Source: a virus | Direction: 5' to 3' (one strand) | DNA: 28,571 nt | Virus record (IMG/VR): IMGVR_UViG_3300045988_100739 | Location: 1 to 28,571 of that record | Part shown: positions 1 to 6,314 of the stretch, in pieces | How the letters are laid out: each line of letters opens with the position of its first letter | How positions within the stretch are numbered: position 1 is the first letter of the stretch | Translations under genes and position numbers: made by a program | The notes under the pieces: model-generated | The model's database searches: none | What the model was told of the DNA's origin: nothing | What the model saw: the letters and a program-made list of their open reading frames with translations, nothing else

Positions 1-123
1 CACCGGAGACGTGCCGCACATCTTGGCGAGCTGCTTCCGGCTCATGTCGTGCTCGACCGTGTAGCGGCGTCGTCTGCCGCAGAACGGGCACGGCTTCAAC
101 CCGTCAAGTTCCGGCTCATTCAT
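1..123 (-). CDS. N-terminal part of a small Lar-like Zn-ribbon/HTH_XRE fusion protein. The gene wraps across the window ends and continues at 28516..28403; full length 78 aa.
   Basis: ATG at 123..121. Translation is MNEPELDGLKPCPFCGRRRRYTVEHDMSRKQLAKMCGTSPV..., the same LKPCPFCG opening as the neighbouring Lar-like gene, followed by an HTH_XRE-like segment. The terminal 55-nt duplication shows the contig is circular. Confidence 0.5.
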   Translation of the reverse strand, partial: MNEPELDGLKPCPFCGRRRRYTVEHDMSRKQLAKMCGTSPV

Positions 124-394
124 GGTCAAACAACCCCTTCCAAAAGCCGTCGCAATTCTCGTTCCATTGCTCGATGACCTCTCTTGTCAACTGCACGTCG
201 CTCGGTCGCTCATCGTCGGTCGTGCCGTTGACGATATAGTGACGCTTCGCGAAGATGCGGCACTCCGTGCAGCAGACTTTGGCGGACAGTTCGTCGGGCA
301 GGTAGTCGTCTACGATCTCGATGTGCAGGTGCTCGGTCGAATGGCATCTGGGACACGGCTTCAACCCTTCGAGCAGCTTTCGCTCATCGTTCAT
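116..394 (-). CDS. Lar-family restriction alleviation protein (zinc-ribbon), 92 aa.
   Basis: ATG at 394 with AAGGAGGA 6 nt upstream. The N-terminus MNDERKLLEGLKPCPRCHS...CCTEC matches the Lar/PF14354 pattern. The track's longer 116..484 ORF is an unsupported N-terminal extension. Confidence 0.55.
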   Translation of the reverse strand: MNDERKLLEGLKPCPRCHSTEHLHIEIVDDYLPDELSAKVCCTECRIFAKRHYIVNGTTDDERPSDVQLTREVIEQWNENCDGFWKGLFDHE

Positions 395-662
395 GGTCGT
401 CCTCCTTGGAGATAGAGAGCGCCACGTATTTCTGTGCGAGACCCTCGAATCCATCGAGGATGTAGTCGATTCGGTAGACTGCACCGTTGAGCGGGTGCCT
501 TGCCGCTGCCCTGACGTCGTAGCCTTCGTTCGCCAAGACTTCGAATACGATTTTGTCTCCGACTTTGAATCCGCGGTCGTTCTTGCAAATCTCGAATGTC
601 TTGGTGCCGTTCACGATTGCGTCGGCGTATTTGGTAAGTACCTTGAGCGTATGCGTCGTCAT
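384..662 (-). CDS. DUF3850 (ASCH/PUA-like fold) domain protein, 92 aa.
   Basis: The motif KTFEICKNDRGFKVGDKIVFEV resembles the conserved FEIR-containing core of DUF3850. It overlaps the neighbouring genes by 4-11 nt in operon style. Confidence 0.45.
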   Translation of the reverse strand: MTTHTLKVLTKYADAIVNGTKTFEICKNDRGFKVGDKIVFEVLANEGYDVRAAARHPLNGAVYRIDYILDGFEGLAQKYVALSISKEDDHER

Positions 663-1048
663 TTGTCCTCACCCCTCAGCCGGCGGATGCGTTTCTTGAT
701 GTCTTTGAACACCGACGCCGTGCATCCGCATGTATCGCTGTCGGGTCTGGCGCATTTTGAGCAATCCCCTCCTCCCTTGTTGAAATACCGACAAGAGTTG
801 CTCTCCTCTATGCACCTGTCCAAGTCCTCTTCGAGCTTCTCCCAGCTGTCGGGCGGTGTGATGTAGAGGCACGAAGTGTAGTAGGTCAAAGTGTTTAACA
901 TAACCGCCTCCCACACGCGCTCCCGAATGCTCTGGCGCACCGAACAGAAATAACGAGACACTTCGAGCTCATTGCCGCACTCGTCATACAGCACTTTGGT
1001 ATCGAGCGGGATCACACAGCCATTAGCGTCCCTCGGTGGCTCAATCAT
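659..1048 (-). CDS. Cysteine-rich hypothetical protein (10 Cys; C-terminal CxxxxxxC..CxxC..CxC cluster), 129 aa.
   Basis: Intact ORF with operon-style overlaps. No family recognised. Confidence 0.45.
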   Translation of the reverse strand: MIEPPRDANGCVIPLDTKVLYDECGNELEVSRYFCSVRQSIRERVWEAVMLNTLTYYTSCLYITPPDSWEKLEEDLDRCIEESNSCRYFNKGGGDCSKCARPDSDTCGCTASVFKDIKKRIRRLRGEDK

Positions 1049-1284
1049 TCGTGTTGCTCCTTTACTCTCTCGTTTGCTATCTCAGCGTGCTCTTCGACTA
1101 TCTCGCATCCGATGAACGGAACACCAAGCTCGGCGCAGGCCACCGCCGTCGTACCGCTGCCGAGAAACGGGTCTATGACTCCGATCCCGACCACCGGGGT
1201 CAGTCCCGCGTAGGTCATGGCCTCGATACCCCCCCCCATGAGTTTCGGGCCGTCGCCCACGTAGACGCTGCCTATCTCCCGCAT
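1045..1284 (-). pseudogene. Orphan C-terminal fragment (79 aa) of a beta-class DNA amino-methyltransferase (motif I, SAM-binding). It contains a G9 homopolymer.
   Basis: VIDPFLGSGTTAVACAELGVPFIGCEIVEE matches the DPFxGSGTT...FIGxEI C-terminal motif I of N6A/N4C beta-class methylases. No DPPY catalytic motif lies upstream. It has its own ATG (1284) and an AGGGGA RBS. The G9 run is at 1221-1229. Confidence 0.5.
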
Positions 1285-1294
1285 CGTCGATCCC

Positions 1295-1804
1295 CTACTT
1301 GATGATGAGCGACTGCCGCGTGATTCGCTCTGCGCCCTTGATCGCGTCCGGCGTGCCGTCCTTCATCGCCTTGTCGATAGCAGCGCCGAGTTTCTTCTTG
1401 TCGATCTTCACGACCGTCTCGACCGTCTTGAACTCGTCAGGTACGAGCTTCTCGTCGGTTATCTCGGTGGTCGTGGACTTGCGGAAGCTCAGGCGTACCT
1501 TCGGCGTGTCGAGCTTCCTGTCGCCGTGCGCCTGCATCGAGAAGGCCAGGTATTCCTTCAGCTGCTCGACCCGGCGCTCCTTGGCCTTGCGGCGCTCGGT
1601 CAGCGCCTTCTCCTCTGCCTTGAATGCCGCGACCTCGGCGTTCAAGTCCTTGATGAACAGGCCGACGGCCTCCAACTTGGCCTCGCGGCTGGCCTCCAGT
1701 TCCTCGAGCTCGTCGCACGTGAAGACCTCGCCGGTCGACTCGTCCAACGCGAAACCGCTCTCGATGACCTGTGCGATCCGTCCGTCAATCTCGTAGAGGT
1801 GCAT
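1295..1804 (-). CDS. Siphovirus Gp157 family protein (PF05565), 169 aa.
   Basis: Coiled-coil N-terminal half. The matches are ERRKAKERRVEQLKEYL and VRLSFRKSTTTEITDEKLVPDEFKTVETVVKIDKKKL. AAGGAG RBS 7 nt upstream of ATG 1804. Confidence 0.65.
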   Translation of the reverse strand: MHLYEIDGRIAQVIESGFALDESTGEVFTCDELEELEASREAKLEAVGLFIKDLNAEVAAFKAEEKALTERRKAKERRVEQLKEYLAFSMQAHGDRKLDTPKVRLSFRKSTTTEITDEKLVPDEFKTVETVVKIDKKKLGAAIDKAMKDGTPDAIKGAERITRQSLIIK

Positions 1805-1813
1805 GTCTTCTCC

Positions 1814-2050
1814 TTAGTCCAGAAAGCTGTATTCGTGAATGCATCGGGCGATGGACGCTCTCGCGTCGTCCAAGCTCCCGAAGTGGATGTGCGCGTCGGT
1901 GTATCCGTCCGACCATTCGAGGTTTCCCATGCGTCCAGTGCGCGTGAACCCTGTGGCCTCAAGCCTCTTTACCGCGCTCGCCATGGTGCCGACCTCTCGG
2001 ATCTGGTGCAGCACCTTGTGGACGTTGACGGTTGCGTACTCGATGTACAT
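1814..2050 (-). CDS. Hypothetical protein, 78 aa.
   Basis: Intact ORF packed between neighbours in an operon. No homology recognised. Confidence 0.4.
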   Translation of the reverse strand: MYIEYATVNVHKVLHQIREVGTMASAVKRLEATGFTRTGRMGNLEWSDGYTDAHIHFGSLDDARASIARCIHEYSFLD

Positions 2051-2056
2051 GTCCGC

Positions 2057-2266
2057 CTACCCCTCGATGCCGAGCGCCTTGCGCACGTACGGGTTGCTCA
2101 GCGGGTGCCAGCCGGGACGCCATGCCGGGGAGATGCGCGAGGCGTCGAGGTTCGCGTCCCCGGTGGCCTTGCGTCCGGACCTCACGATGCCGTCGAGCGT
2201 CTTGGCCCTCGTCTTGAAAACCTTCTGCTTTGCGTCCTCGGTCTCTGCCCTGAACTTGCGAATCAT
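2057..2266 (-). CDS. Hypothetical basic protein, 69 aa. It is the first gene after promoter cassette P1.
   Basis: ATG 2266 preceded by AAAGGAG. Directly downstream of the P1 promoter-leader cassette. Confidence 0.45.
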   Translation of the reverse strand: MIRKFRAETEDAKQKVFKTRAKTLDGIVRSGRKATGDANLDASRISPAWRPGWHPLSNPYVRKALGIEG

Positions 2267-2295
2267 GTCAGGCTCCTTTCACTTGCCTTGGCTAT

Positions 2296-2324
2296 ATTCT
2301 ATAACGACTGTATCAACTTTGCAA
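2296..2324 (-). promoter_or_regulatory. Sigma70-like promoter P1 (minus strand): -35 TTGCAA (2319-2324), 17-nt spacer, -10 TAGAAT (2296-2301).
   Basis: Minus-strand read is TTGCAAagttgatacagtcgttaTAGAAT, followed by the conserved leader atagccaaggcaagtgaaaggagcc and ATG 2266. It belongs to a 4-member family (P1-P4). Confidence 0.6.
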
Positions 2325-2335
2325 CAACTTTATTC

Positions 2336-2359
2336 GAGAAAAAGGGACCGAAGTCCCAG
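2336..2359 (-). terminator. Intrinsic terminator T1 downstream of the MazG-like gene.
   Basis: Minus strand CTGGGACTTCGGTCCC followed by TTTTTC. It sits immediately 5' of P1. Confidence 0.6.
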
Positions 2360-2362
2360 TTT

Positions 2363-2662
2363 CTAGTACGGCTCATAGCGACCGCGCTCGATGTTGTTCG
2401 CGTACACCTTGCGGGCGGAGTCACGCAGTTCCGCGTCCGTCGTGCCGATGCTCTCCAAGAGGTTGACGCACGACTGAATCATGTCGAAGCACTCGTAGAC
2501 GATGTCCTCGCGCATCTCTGGAGTGATGGATCCCGCACCATCAATCCCGGACGCCTGCCACGCCCCGAACACCTCCGCGGCCTCCTCCAACGGTTTCAGC
2601 GCCTGAGCCTTCGGCTCTGTGAACTTCGTGAACGGCTCGACCTCTAGAACGTATGTCTTCAC
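2363..2662 (-). CDS. MazG-like nucleoside triphosphate pyrophosphohydrolase (small all-alpha NTP-PPase), about 99 aa.
   Basis: KPLEEAAEV and ECFDMIQSCVNLLESIG...KVYANNIERGRY resemble the EExxE and C-terminal helices of the MazG/HisE family. The likely GTG start at 2662 (GGAGGAGcaaGTG) overlaps the upstream stop as GTGA. The track's TTG at 2674 is less likely. Confidence 0.5.
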   Translation of the reverse strand: MKTYVLEVEPFTKFTEPKAQALKPLEEAAEVFGAWQASGIDGAGSITPEMREDIVYECFDMIQSCVNLLESIGTTDAELRDSARKVYANNIERGRYEPY

Positions 2663-2948
2663 TTGCTCCTCCAATGTCCAAACACCAACCGGTGCGCGTA
2701 GTTGTTCGCCTTGCCCAACTCCACGTCAATATCGTCCTTCTTGCCCGCCCGCAGGCAGTACCTGAGCACCTGCCCGAGGCTGTACGCCTTGTCAGGCGGC
2801 AGACCCTCGACGACCCTCTCGATTATGTCGATAGGCTCGACCTCGCCCGCGTACCACTCAGGGTCGTCACCTTCTCGCCCACGTTTAGGTAGGTGCCGTT
2901 CATGGCCAGACGGTCGACGACCTTGCGGTATGCCTCGCTGCGATCCAT
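2659..2948 (-). CDS. DUF3310-like protein with an apparent frameshift. ATG 2948 opens a 40-codon frame; the conserved domain lies in the -1 frame and ends at 2659.
   Basis: The -1 frame reads DDPEWYAGEVEPIDIIERVVEGLPPDKAYSLGQVLRYCLRAGKKDDIDVELGKANNYAHRLV, which fits the DUF3310 pattern (HPSHY..G.E.ID.I ... LGNALKY..RAGRK ... KA.WYL). No start codon exists in that frame. The ATG at 2948 overlaps the upstream stop as TGATG. Confidence 0.45.
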
Positions 2949-3190
2949 CAGTACTCCTCGAAGCCGGCGCGCTCGCACTCCTCGTCGTCCAGAACCGCGT
3001 AGTCCTCGAAGAACCTCAGCGCCTCGGTGCAGCTCACGGTGCCACGGTTCTCATCGACCCACTCGTCGTAGGCCAGACCGCAGACGCCGATTATGTCGGA
3101 GTTGAGGTACATGAAGTGCTTGCAGTAGCAGCACTGCTTTGGGCACTTCTCCGTGATGCCGTCCCTCATGGCGCTCTCGATGTTGTTCAT
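2948..3190 (-). CDS. Cys-rich hypothetical protein (CPKQCCYCKHF...VCG), 80 aa.
   Basis: AAGGAG RBS. Intact ORF. Possible zinc-binding protein. Confidence 0.45.
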   Translation of the reverse strand: MNNIESAMRDGITEKCPKQCCYCKHFMYLNSDIIGVCGLAYDEWVDENRGTVSCTEALRFFEDYAVLDDEECERAGFEEY

Positions 3191-3201
3191 TGCCTTCTCC
3201 T

Positions 3202-3377
3202 TTACTTCAACAGGGCCTTGACGTCGGCGCGTACGGTATCAGCGTCCTTACCGTAGATGAATACGATCATGTCGCGCATACCACACCACACGGCGTTGCG
3301 GATGATGAACTTCTCGGCGATGCCGAGAGCCTCGTAAATCTCCGCCGCCTCTTTGATTGCGTCCTCGTAAGTCTTCA
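3202..3377 (-). CDS. Hypothetical protein, 58 aa (MKTYEDAIKEAAEIYEALGIAEKF...). It is the first gene after promoter cassette P2.
   Basis: Below the track's 60-aa cut-off. ATG 3377 preceded by AAAGGAG in a leader identical to that of P1. Confidence 0.4.
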
Positions 3378-3407
3378 TTTCCGGCTCCTTTCACTTGCCT
3401 TGGCTAT

Positions 3408-3436
3408 ATGGTAAAACAACTGTATCAACTTTGCAA
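3408..3436 (-). promoter_or_regulatory. Sigma70-like promoter P2: -35 TTGCAA (3431-3436), 17-nt spacer, -10 TACCAT (3408-3413).
   Basis: About 60 bp around it are near-identical to P1, including the whole 25-nt leader and RBS. Confidence 0.55.
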
Positions 3437-3447
3437 CAACTTTTCGT

Positions 3448-3476
3448 AAAGAAAAGGGGAGCGCGAAGCTCCCCAG
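3448..3476 (-). terminator. Intrinsic terminator T2 ending the replication/recombination operon (downstream of ssb).
   Basis: Minus strand GGGGAGCTTCGCGCTCCCC followed by TTTTCTTT. Confidence 0.6.
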
Positions 3477-3536
3477 TCGCCCCAAATGTACCGAGCAGAG
3501 CGGCTTGTTCCATTTTAGGCGGTCTTACATACAAGC

Positions 3537-3602
3537 GCAATACGACTAATGCAATACGACTAATGCAATACGACTAATTAGTCCATTAGTTAGTCCATTA
3601 GT
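3537..3602. repeat. Tandem direct repeats: 3 x 14 bp (gcaatacgactaat, 3537-3578) then 2 x 12 bp (tagtccattagt, 3579-3602). The junction forms the palindrome GACTAATTAGTC.
   Basis: Seen directly in the sequence. Relatively AT-rich, immediately 3' of the ssb stop (3603) and before T2. Confidence 0.8.
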
Positions 3603-3983
3603 TTAGAACGGGATGTCCTCGTCGATGTCCTCGGGAACGGGTGCGCTTGCCGCCTCGCGTCGGCTCATCAACTCGATGTCGTCCACGATCACCTCGATTT
3701 TTGAACGTTTCTGCCCGCCCCTCTCCCAGCTCATGTAGCGGAGCTTGCCGAGGATGCAGACCTTGGTCCCCTTGGTCAGCATTCCCGCCAGCTTCTCGGC
3801 GCGGGTGCCGAACATGGTGCAGTCCACGAAGTTCGGGTAGTCCTCCCATTCGCCCGTCTGCTGGTTCCTCCTGCGGTCGTTCACCGCCACGCCGAAGCCC
3901 AGAATGGCCGTGCCGCCCGTAGTGCAGCGCAGCTCGGAATCGCGCGTGAGGTTTCCCGAGATATTAACGACGTTGATGCTCAT
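3603..3983 (-). CDS. ssb: Single-stranded DNA-binding protein (SSB, OB-fold) with an acidic C-terminal DIPF tail.
   Basis: MSINVVNISGNLTRDSELRCTTGGTAILGFGVAVNDRR...GEWEDYPNFVDCTMFGTRAEKLAGMLTKGTKVCILGKLRYMSWE...DIDEDIPF. AGGAGCAG RBS. Confidence 0.85.
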   Translation of the reverse strand: MSINVVNISGNLTRDSELRCTTGGTAILGFGVAVNDRRRNQQTGEWEDYPNFVDCTMFGTRAEKLAGMLTKGTKVCILGKLRYMSWERGGQKRSKIEVIVDDIELMSRREAASAPVPEDIDEDIPF

Positions 3984-3992
3984 AATCTGCTC

Positions 3993-4148
3993 CTAAAGTG
4001 TCTTGATGGCAAGTGCCGCAATAAGTGTGTAGATGATGTACGACGCGACGCGGACCCCGACGGGCCAGCGCTCGGCATCGACCAATAGGTAGCCGGTGCC
4101 GAGCCAAGCCCAGACGAGAATCACGCCCCGCAGCGCCTCGGCGCTCAT
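3993..4148 (-). CDS. Small hydrophobic (2-TM) protein of 51 aa between the Sak and SSB genes.
   Basis: MSAEALRGVILVWAWLGTGYLLVDAERWPVGVRVASYIIYTLIAALAIKTL. Its ATG overlaps the upstream stop as ATGA. It is preferred over the Arg-rich alternative frame 3964..4170. Confidence 0.35.
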   Translation of the reverse strand: MSAEALRGVILVWAWLGTGYLLVDAERWPVGVRVASYIIYTLIAALAIKTL

Positions 4149-4948
4149 CGCTCACCCGTGAGGCTGTCAACAGCGTCGCGGTTCTCGGCGGTCTTCCTCT
4201 TGATCCAAGATTCCACGACTGCCTGCGCCGTGGTGATTACTTTCGACGGCGCGTCCTTCCACTGGGTGAAGCCGGCGGCCTTGAGCGTCTTGGTCTTCTC
4301 GAGCGCGTCGAGGATGTCGGCCACCTCCCTGCCGGTCAGGAACGAGAACTCGTTGCAGGCGCCTTGGAAGGCCTCGACCTCGGCATCGGTGGCAGGTGGC
4401 TCTTGGACGCTCGCCGGTGCCTCTTGGCGCTTCACCGGCTTGCGGTCGATGGCCCAACGGTACACGACCTTGCGCGTCTTCTCGTTGGTGATGGTGAGCG
4501 CAGTGATCCTGCCGTTTACGACCTCCATCGCATCGACCGCGAACGTGTCGTAGCACTTGCCGTTCTGGATGTTGCAGTCCTCGGCCTTAATCCAGATGAA
4601 CGGAGCCGTGTACAGCTCGCGACCGATTCCCCAGAGGAACCCGGCACGTTTGAGCGCGTCGCTGCTCTCGCCCTTTTCGCTCTCCATGTTGCTCTCGGTT
4701 CCGGCGGCCTGCTTGTCAATCCAGATGTGCTTGTCCACGTCGTAGACGCTCAGCGTGCAGTTGAGGACGCCCTTTACCTCCTCGTACTCGCAGCGCCAGT
4801 CCATCGGGCCGAAAGTCTCGTCGAGCAGCGCCATGTCCGTGCGGCTCGTCTTGTACAGAAGCAGGGAAAGACCCTTGCCGCTCTTGGATACCTGGCCGAT
4901 TCTGCACTCGACCTCATCCGGGTAGAGGCCTCTCACCAATCCGCTCAT
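4145..4948 (-). CDS. Rad52/Sak/Erf-type single-strand annealing protein, 267 aa.
   Basis: SDALKRAGFLWGIGRELY is the hallmark motif of Rad52-like phage annealases. Likely ATG at 4948 (ATGA overlap with the upstream stop). The track's 325-aa version is an N-terminal over-extension. Confidence 0.55.
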   Translation of the reverse strand: MSGLVRGLYPDEVECRIGQVSKSGKGLSLLLYKTSRTDMALLDETFGPMDWRCEYEEVKGVLNCTLSVYDVDKHIWIDKQAAGTESNMESEKGESSDALKRAGFLWGIGRELYTAPFIWIKAEDCNIQNGKCYDTFAVDAMEVVNGRITALTITNEKTRKVVYRWAIDRKPVKRQEAPASVQEPPATDAEVEAFQGACNEFSFLTGREVADILDALEKTKTLKAAGFTQWKDAPSKVITTAQAVVESWIKRKTAENRDAVDSLTGER

Positions 4949-5130
4949 CGTTGCACCTTTCCCAAGTAGTACGTCCACACCGGGGACCCGGTGGACTTCT
5001 CCATGTCCGCGACCGCGCTTGAAAGCTCCGCATACGTCGAGCACCTGACCGTCTTGCGATGAATGGCCTTCATCTTGCCGGAGCAGAGCATATACCGTCC
5101 TGCCCCGTGCCAGTTGACGCACTTAGTCAT
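4945..5130 (-). CDS. Small Cys-containing hypothetical protein, 61 aa.
   Basis: Intact ORF, translationally coupled to both neighbours. Confidence 0.35.
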   Translation of the reverse strand: MTKCVNWHGAGRYMLCSGKMKAIHRKTVRCSTYAELSSAVADMEKSTGSPVWTYYLGKVQR

Positions 5131-5389
5131 CGCGGAGCGCCTCCTTCATATCCGACAAGGCCCTCGACAGCAGCGCGGCCCTGTCACCGGTTGGCCCGTG
5201 GTGCGTTTTCGCGAAGTCTGCATAGAACTCGACCGGGTGCTTAACGGCCGCCATGCGGTCGGAAACGCATCCGCAAAGTACAGTGACGAGCACGTCGTAC
5301 GACCTGTCAGCCTCCATCCCGAGGTTGCGCTTGAACTCCTTCATCGTGCTGCAACCGTCTGTCGCGTCGAGGAACCTGTCCAGATTCAT
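5123..5389 (-). CDS. Hypothetical protein, 88 aa.
   Basis: Intact ORF with operon-style overlaps. Confidence 0.4.
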   Translation of the reverse strand: MNLDRFLDATDGCSTMKEFKRNLGMEADRSYDVLVTVLCGCVSDRMAAVKHPVEFYADFAKTHHGPTGDRAALLSRALSDMKEALRDD

Positions 5390-5610
5390 CGGTAGACCTC
5401 CTCAAGACTGAAGTACTTCCCGCACTTCTCCGCATATGCGTCGCGCACCTTCAGCACCGTACGCGGCATCAGCCCGCACTTGCTGAAATCACCGTCGCAG
5501 ATGCGGTAGAGCATCGTGCGCTGGATCCCGCACGCCTCGGCCGCCTTGGACACTGAACCGCACGCGGATACCAGCTCCTTCGCGGCCTGCGATACGACCA
5601 GATACGACAT
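5386..5610 (-). CDS. Small HTH DNA-binding protein, about 74 aa.
   Basis: The probable start is MSYLVVSQ (ATG 5610, AAAGGAG RBS). VSACGSVSKAAEACGIQRTMLYRI is a helix-turn-helix pattern. Confidence 0.45.
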   Translation of the reverse strand: MSYLVVSQAAKELVSACGSVSKAAEACGIQRTMLYRICDGDFSKCGLMPRTVLKVRDAYAEKCGKYFSLEEVYR

Positions 5611-5638
5611 AGACAACTCCTTTCCGCTTCGTTGTGTA

Positions 5639-5992
5639 TCAGCATTGTAACACACGATAGCGGTGAACACCCGGGGAAACTTCGATGGATGCCAGCGCCG
5701 CCATGTTGACGCGATAGAACGTCCTCACGCCGGTCTCGCCCATCACGCCCTCAGTCTTCGTCTCGATGAGGCCGTGCCTCGATAGAAGCCTGAGTCTCGC
5801 CCGCAGCGTCGCCCTGCCGCCGCACCGCGCATCCCACAGGTCGCCCTCAACCACCGAATAATCGAACCGCGTCCATTCCCCATCCGACGAAGCCCCGTCG
5901 ATGAGGTATGCGAGCGTCACTGTGTCCGCGAGCGAGAACGGCGAGCCGTCCGGCAGCTCGACAAGTGTGCCGTTGTGTCCAACTGTAATCAT
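5639..5992 (-). CDS. Hypothetical protein, 117 aa, possibly with a winged-helix segment (RARLRLLSRHGLIE).
   Basis: Intact ORF preceded by a repeat-rich intergenic region (5993-6092). Confidence 0.4.
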   Translation of the reverse strand: MITVGHNGTLVELPDGSPFSLADTVTLAYLIDGASSDGEWTRFDYSVVEGDLWDARCGGRATLRARLRLLSRHGLIETKTEGVMGETGVRTFYRVNMAALASIEVSPGVHRYRVLQC

Positions 5993-6092
5993 ATGAGCCT
6001 CCCAAATCGTTTTTACGGTGCCGTTTCCCGGCTACCCTAGCGCCTACACCTAAAAGTCCGAAACATACCCTAGAAACCTATTCTGTTGCTTC

Positions 6093-6314
6093 CTAGGGCA
6101 TACCGTGCGCCTTGGCGTATTCCTCATCGCGTCTAGCCTTCTCGCGCTTGGCTACCGCCTTGCGGAACTCCGCCGCAGATTCCTCCGCGCTCTCGCGCCT
6201 CTTTGCCTCTATCGCGTCCAGCTCCTCGCGGGTGATGGAGTTCGCCACGTATATCTGGTCGACTGGCACCGGGACGCCGTAGGCCTTGATGGCGTCCCCG
6301 AGCGTCGGCCTCAT
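6093..6314 (-). CDS. Hypothetical charged/coiled protein, 73 aa.
   Basis: ATG immediately after the stop of the replication initiator gene. Confidence 0.4.
   Translation of the reverse strand: MRPTLGDAIKAYGVPVPVDQIYVANSITREELDAIEAKRRESAEESAAEFRKAVAKREKARRDEEYAKAHGMP

Noticed and set aside
1526-2647. Long plus-strand ORF (373 aa). Similar plus-strand ORFs are 4364..4969, 7736..8557, 9084..9896, 12570..13832, 16397..17146, 17183..17941 and 24124..25368.
   Set aside because: They are Arg/Leu/Gly/Ala-rich translations antisense to well-supported minus-strand genes in a high-GC genome. They have no RBS and no recognisable motifs, so they are shadow ORFs.
3964-4170. 68-aa minus-strand ORF overlapping the Sak end and SSB start.
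   Set aside because: Arg-rich composition. The alternative 51-aa hydrophobic ORF in the other frame has ATGA coupling to the upstream stop and is placed to be followed by the SSB RBS.
4949-5122. N-terminal extensions of the track ORFs for Sak (4949-5122), endolysin (13707-13826), XhlA-like (14428-14613), scaffold (25764-25862), HNH (27028-27237) and Lar (395-484).
   Set aside because: The extensions are Arg/Gly-rich, overlap upstream genes, and internal ATGs with good Shine-Dalgarno sequences exist at the positions given in the features.
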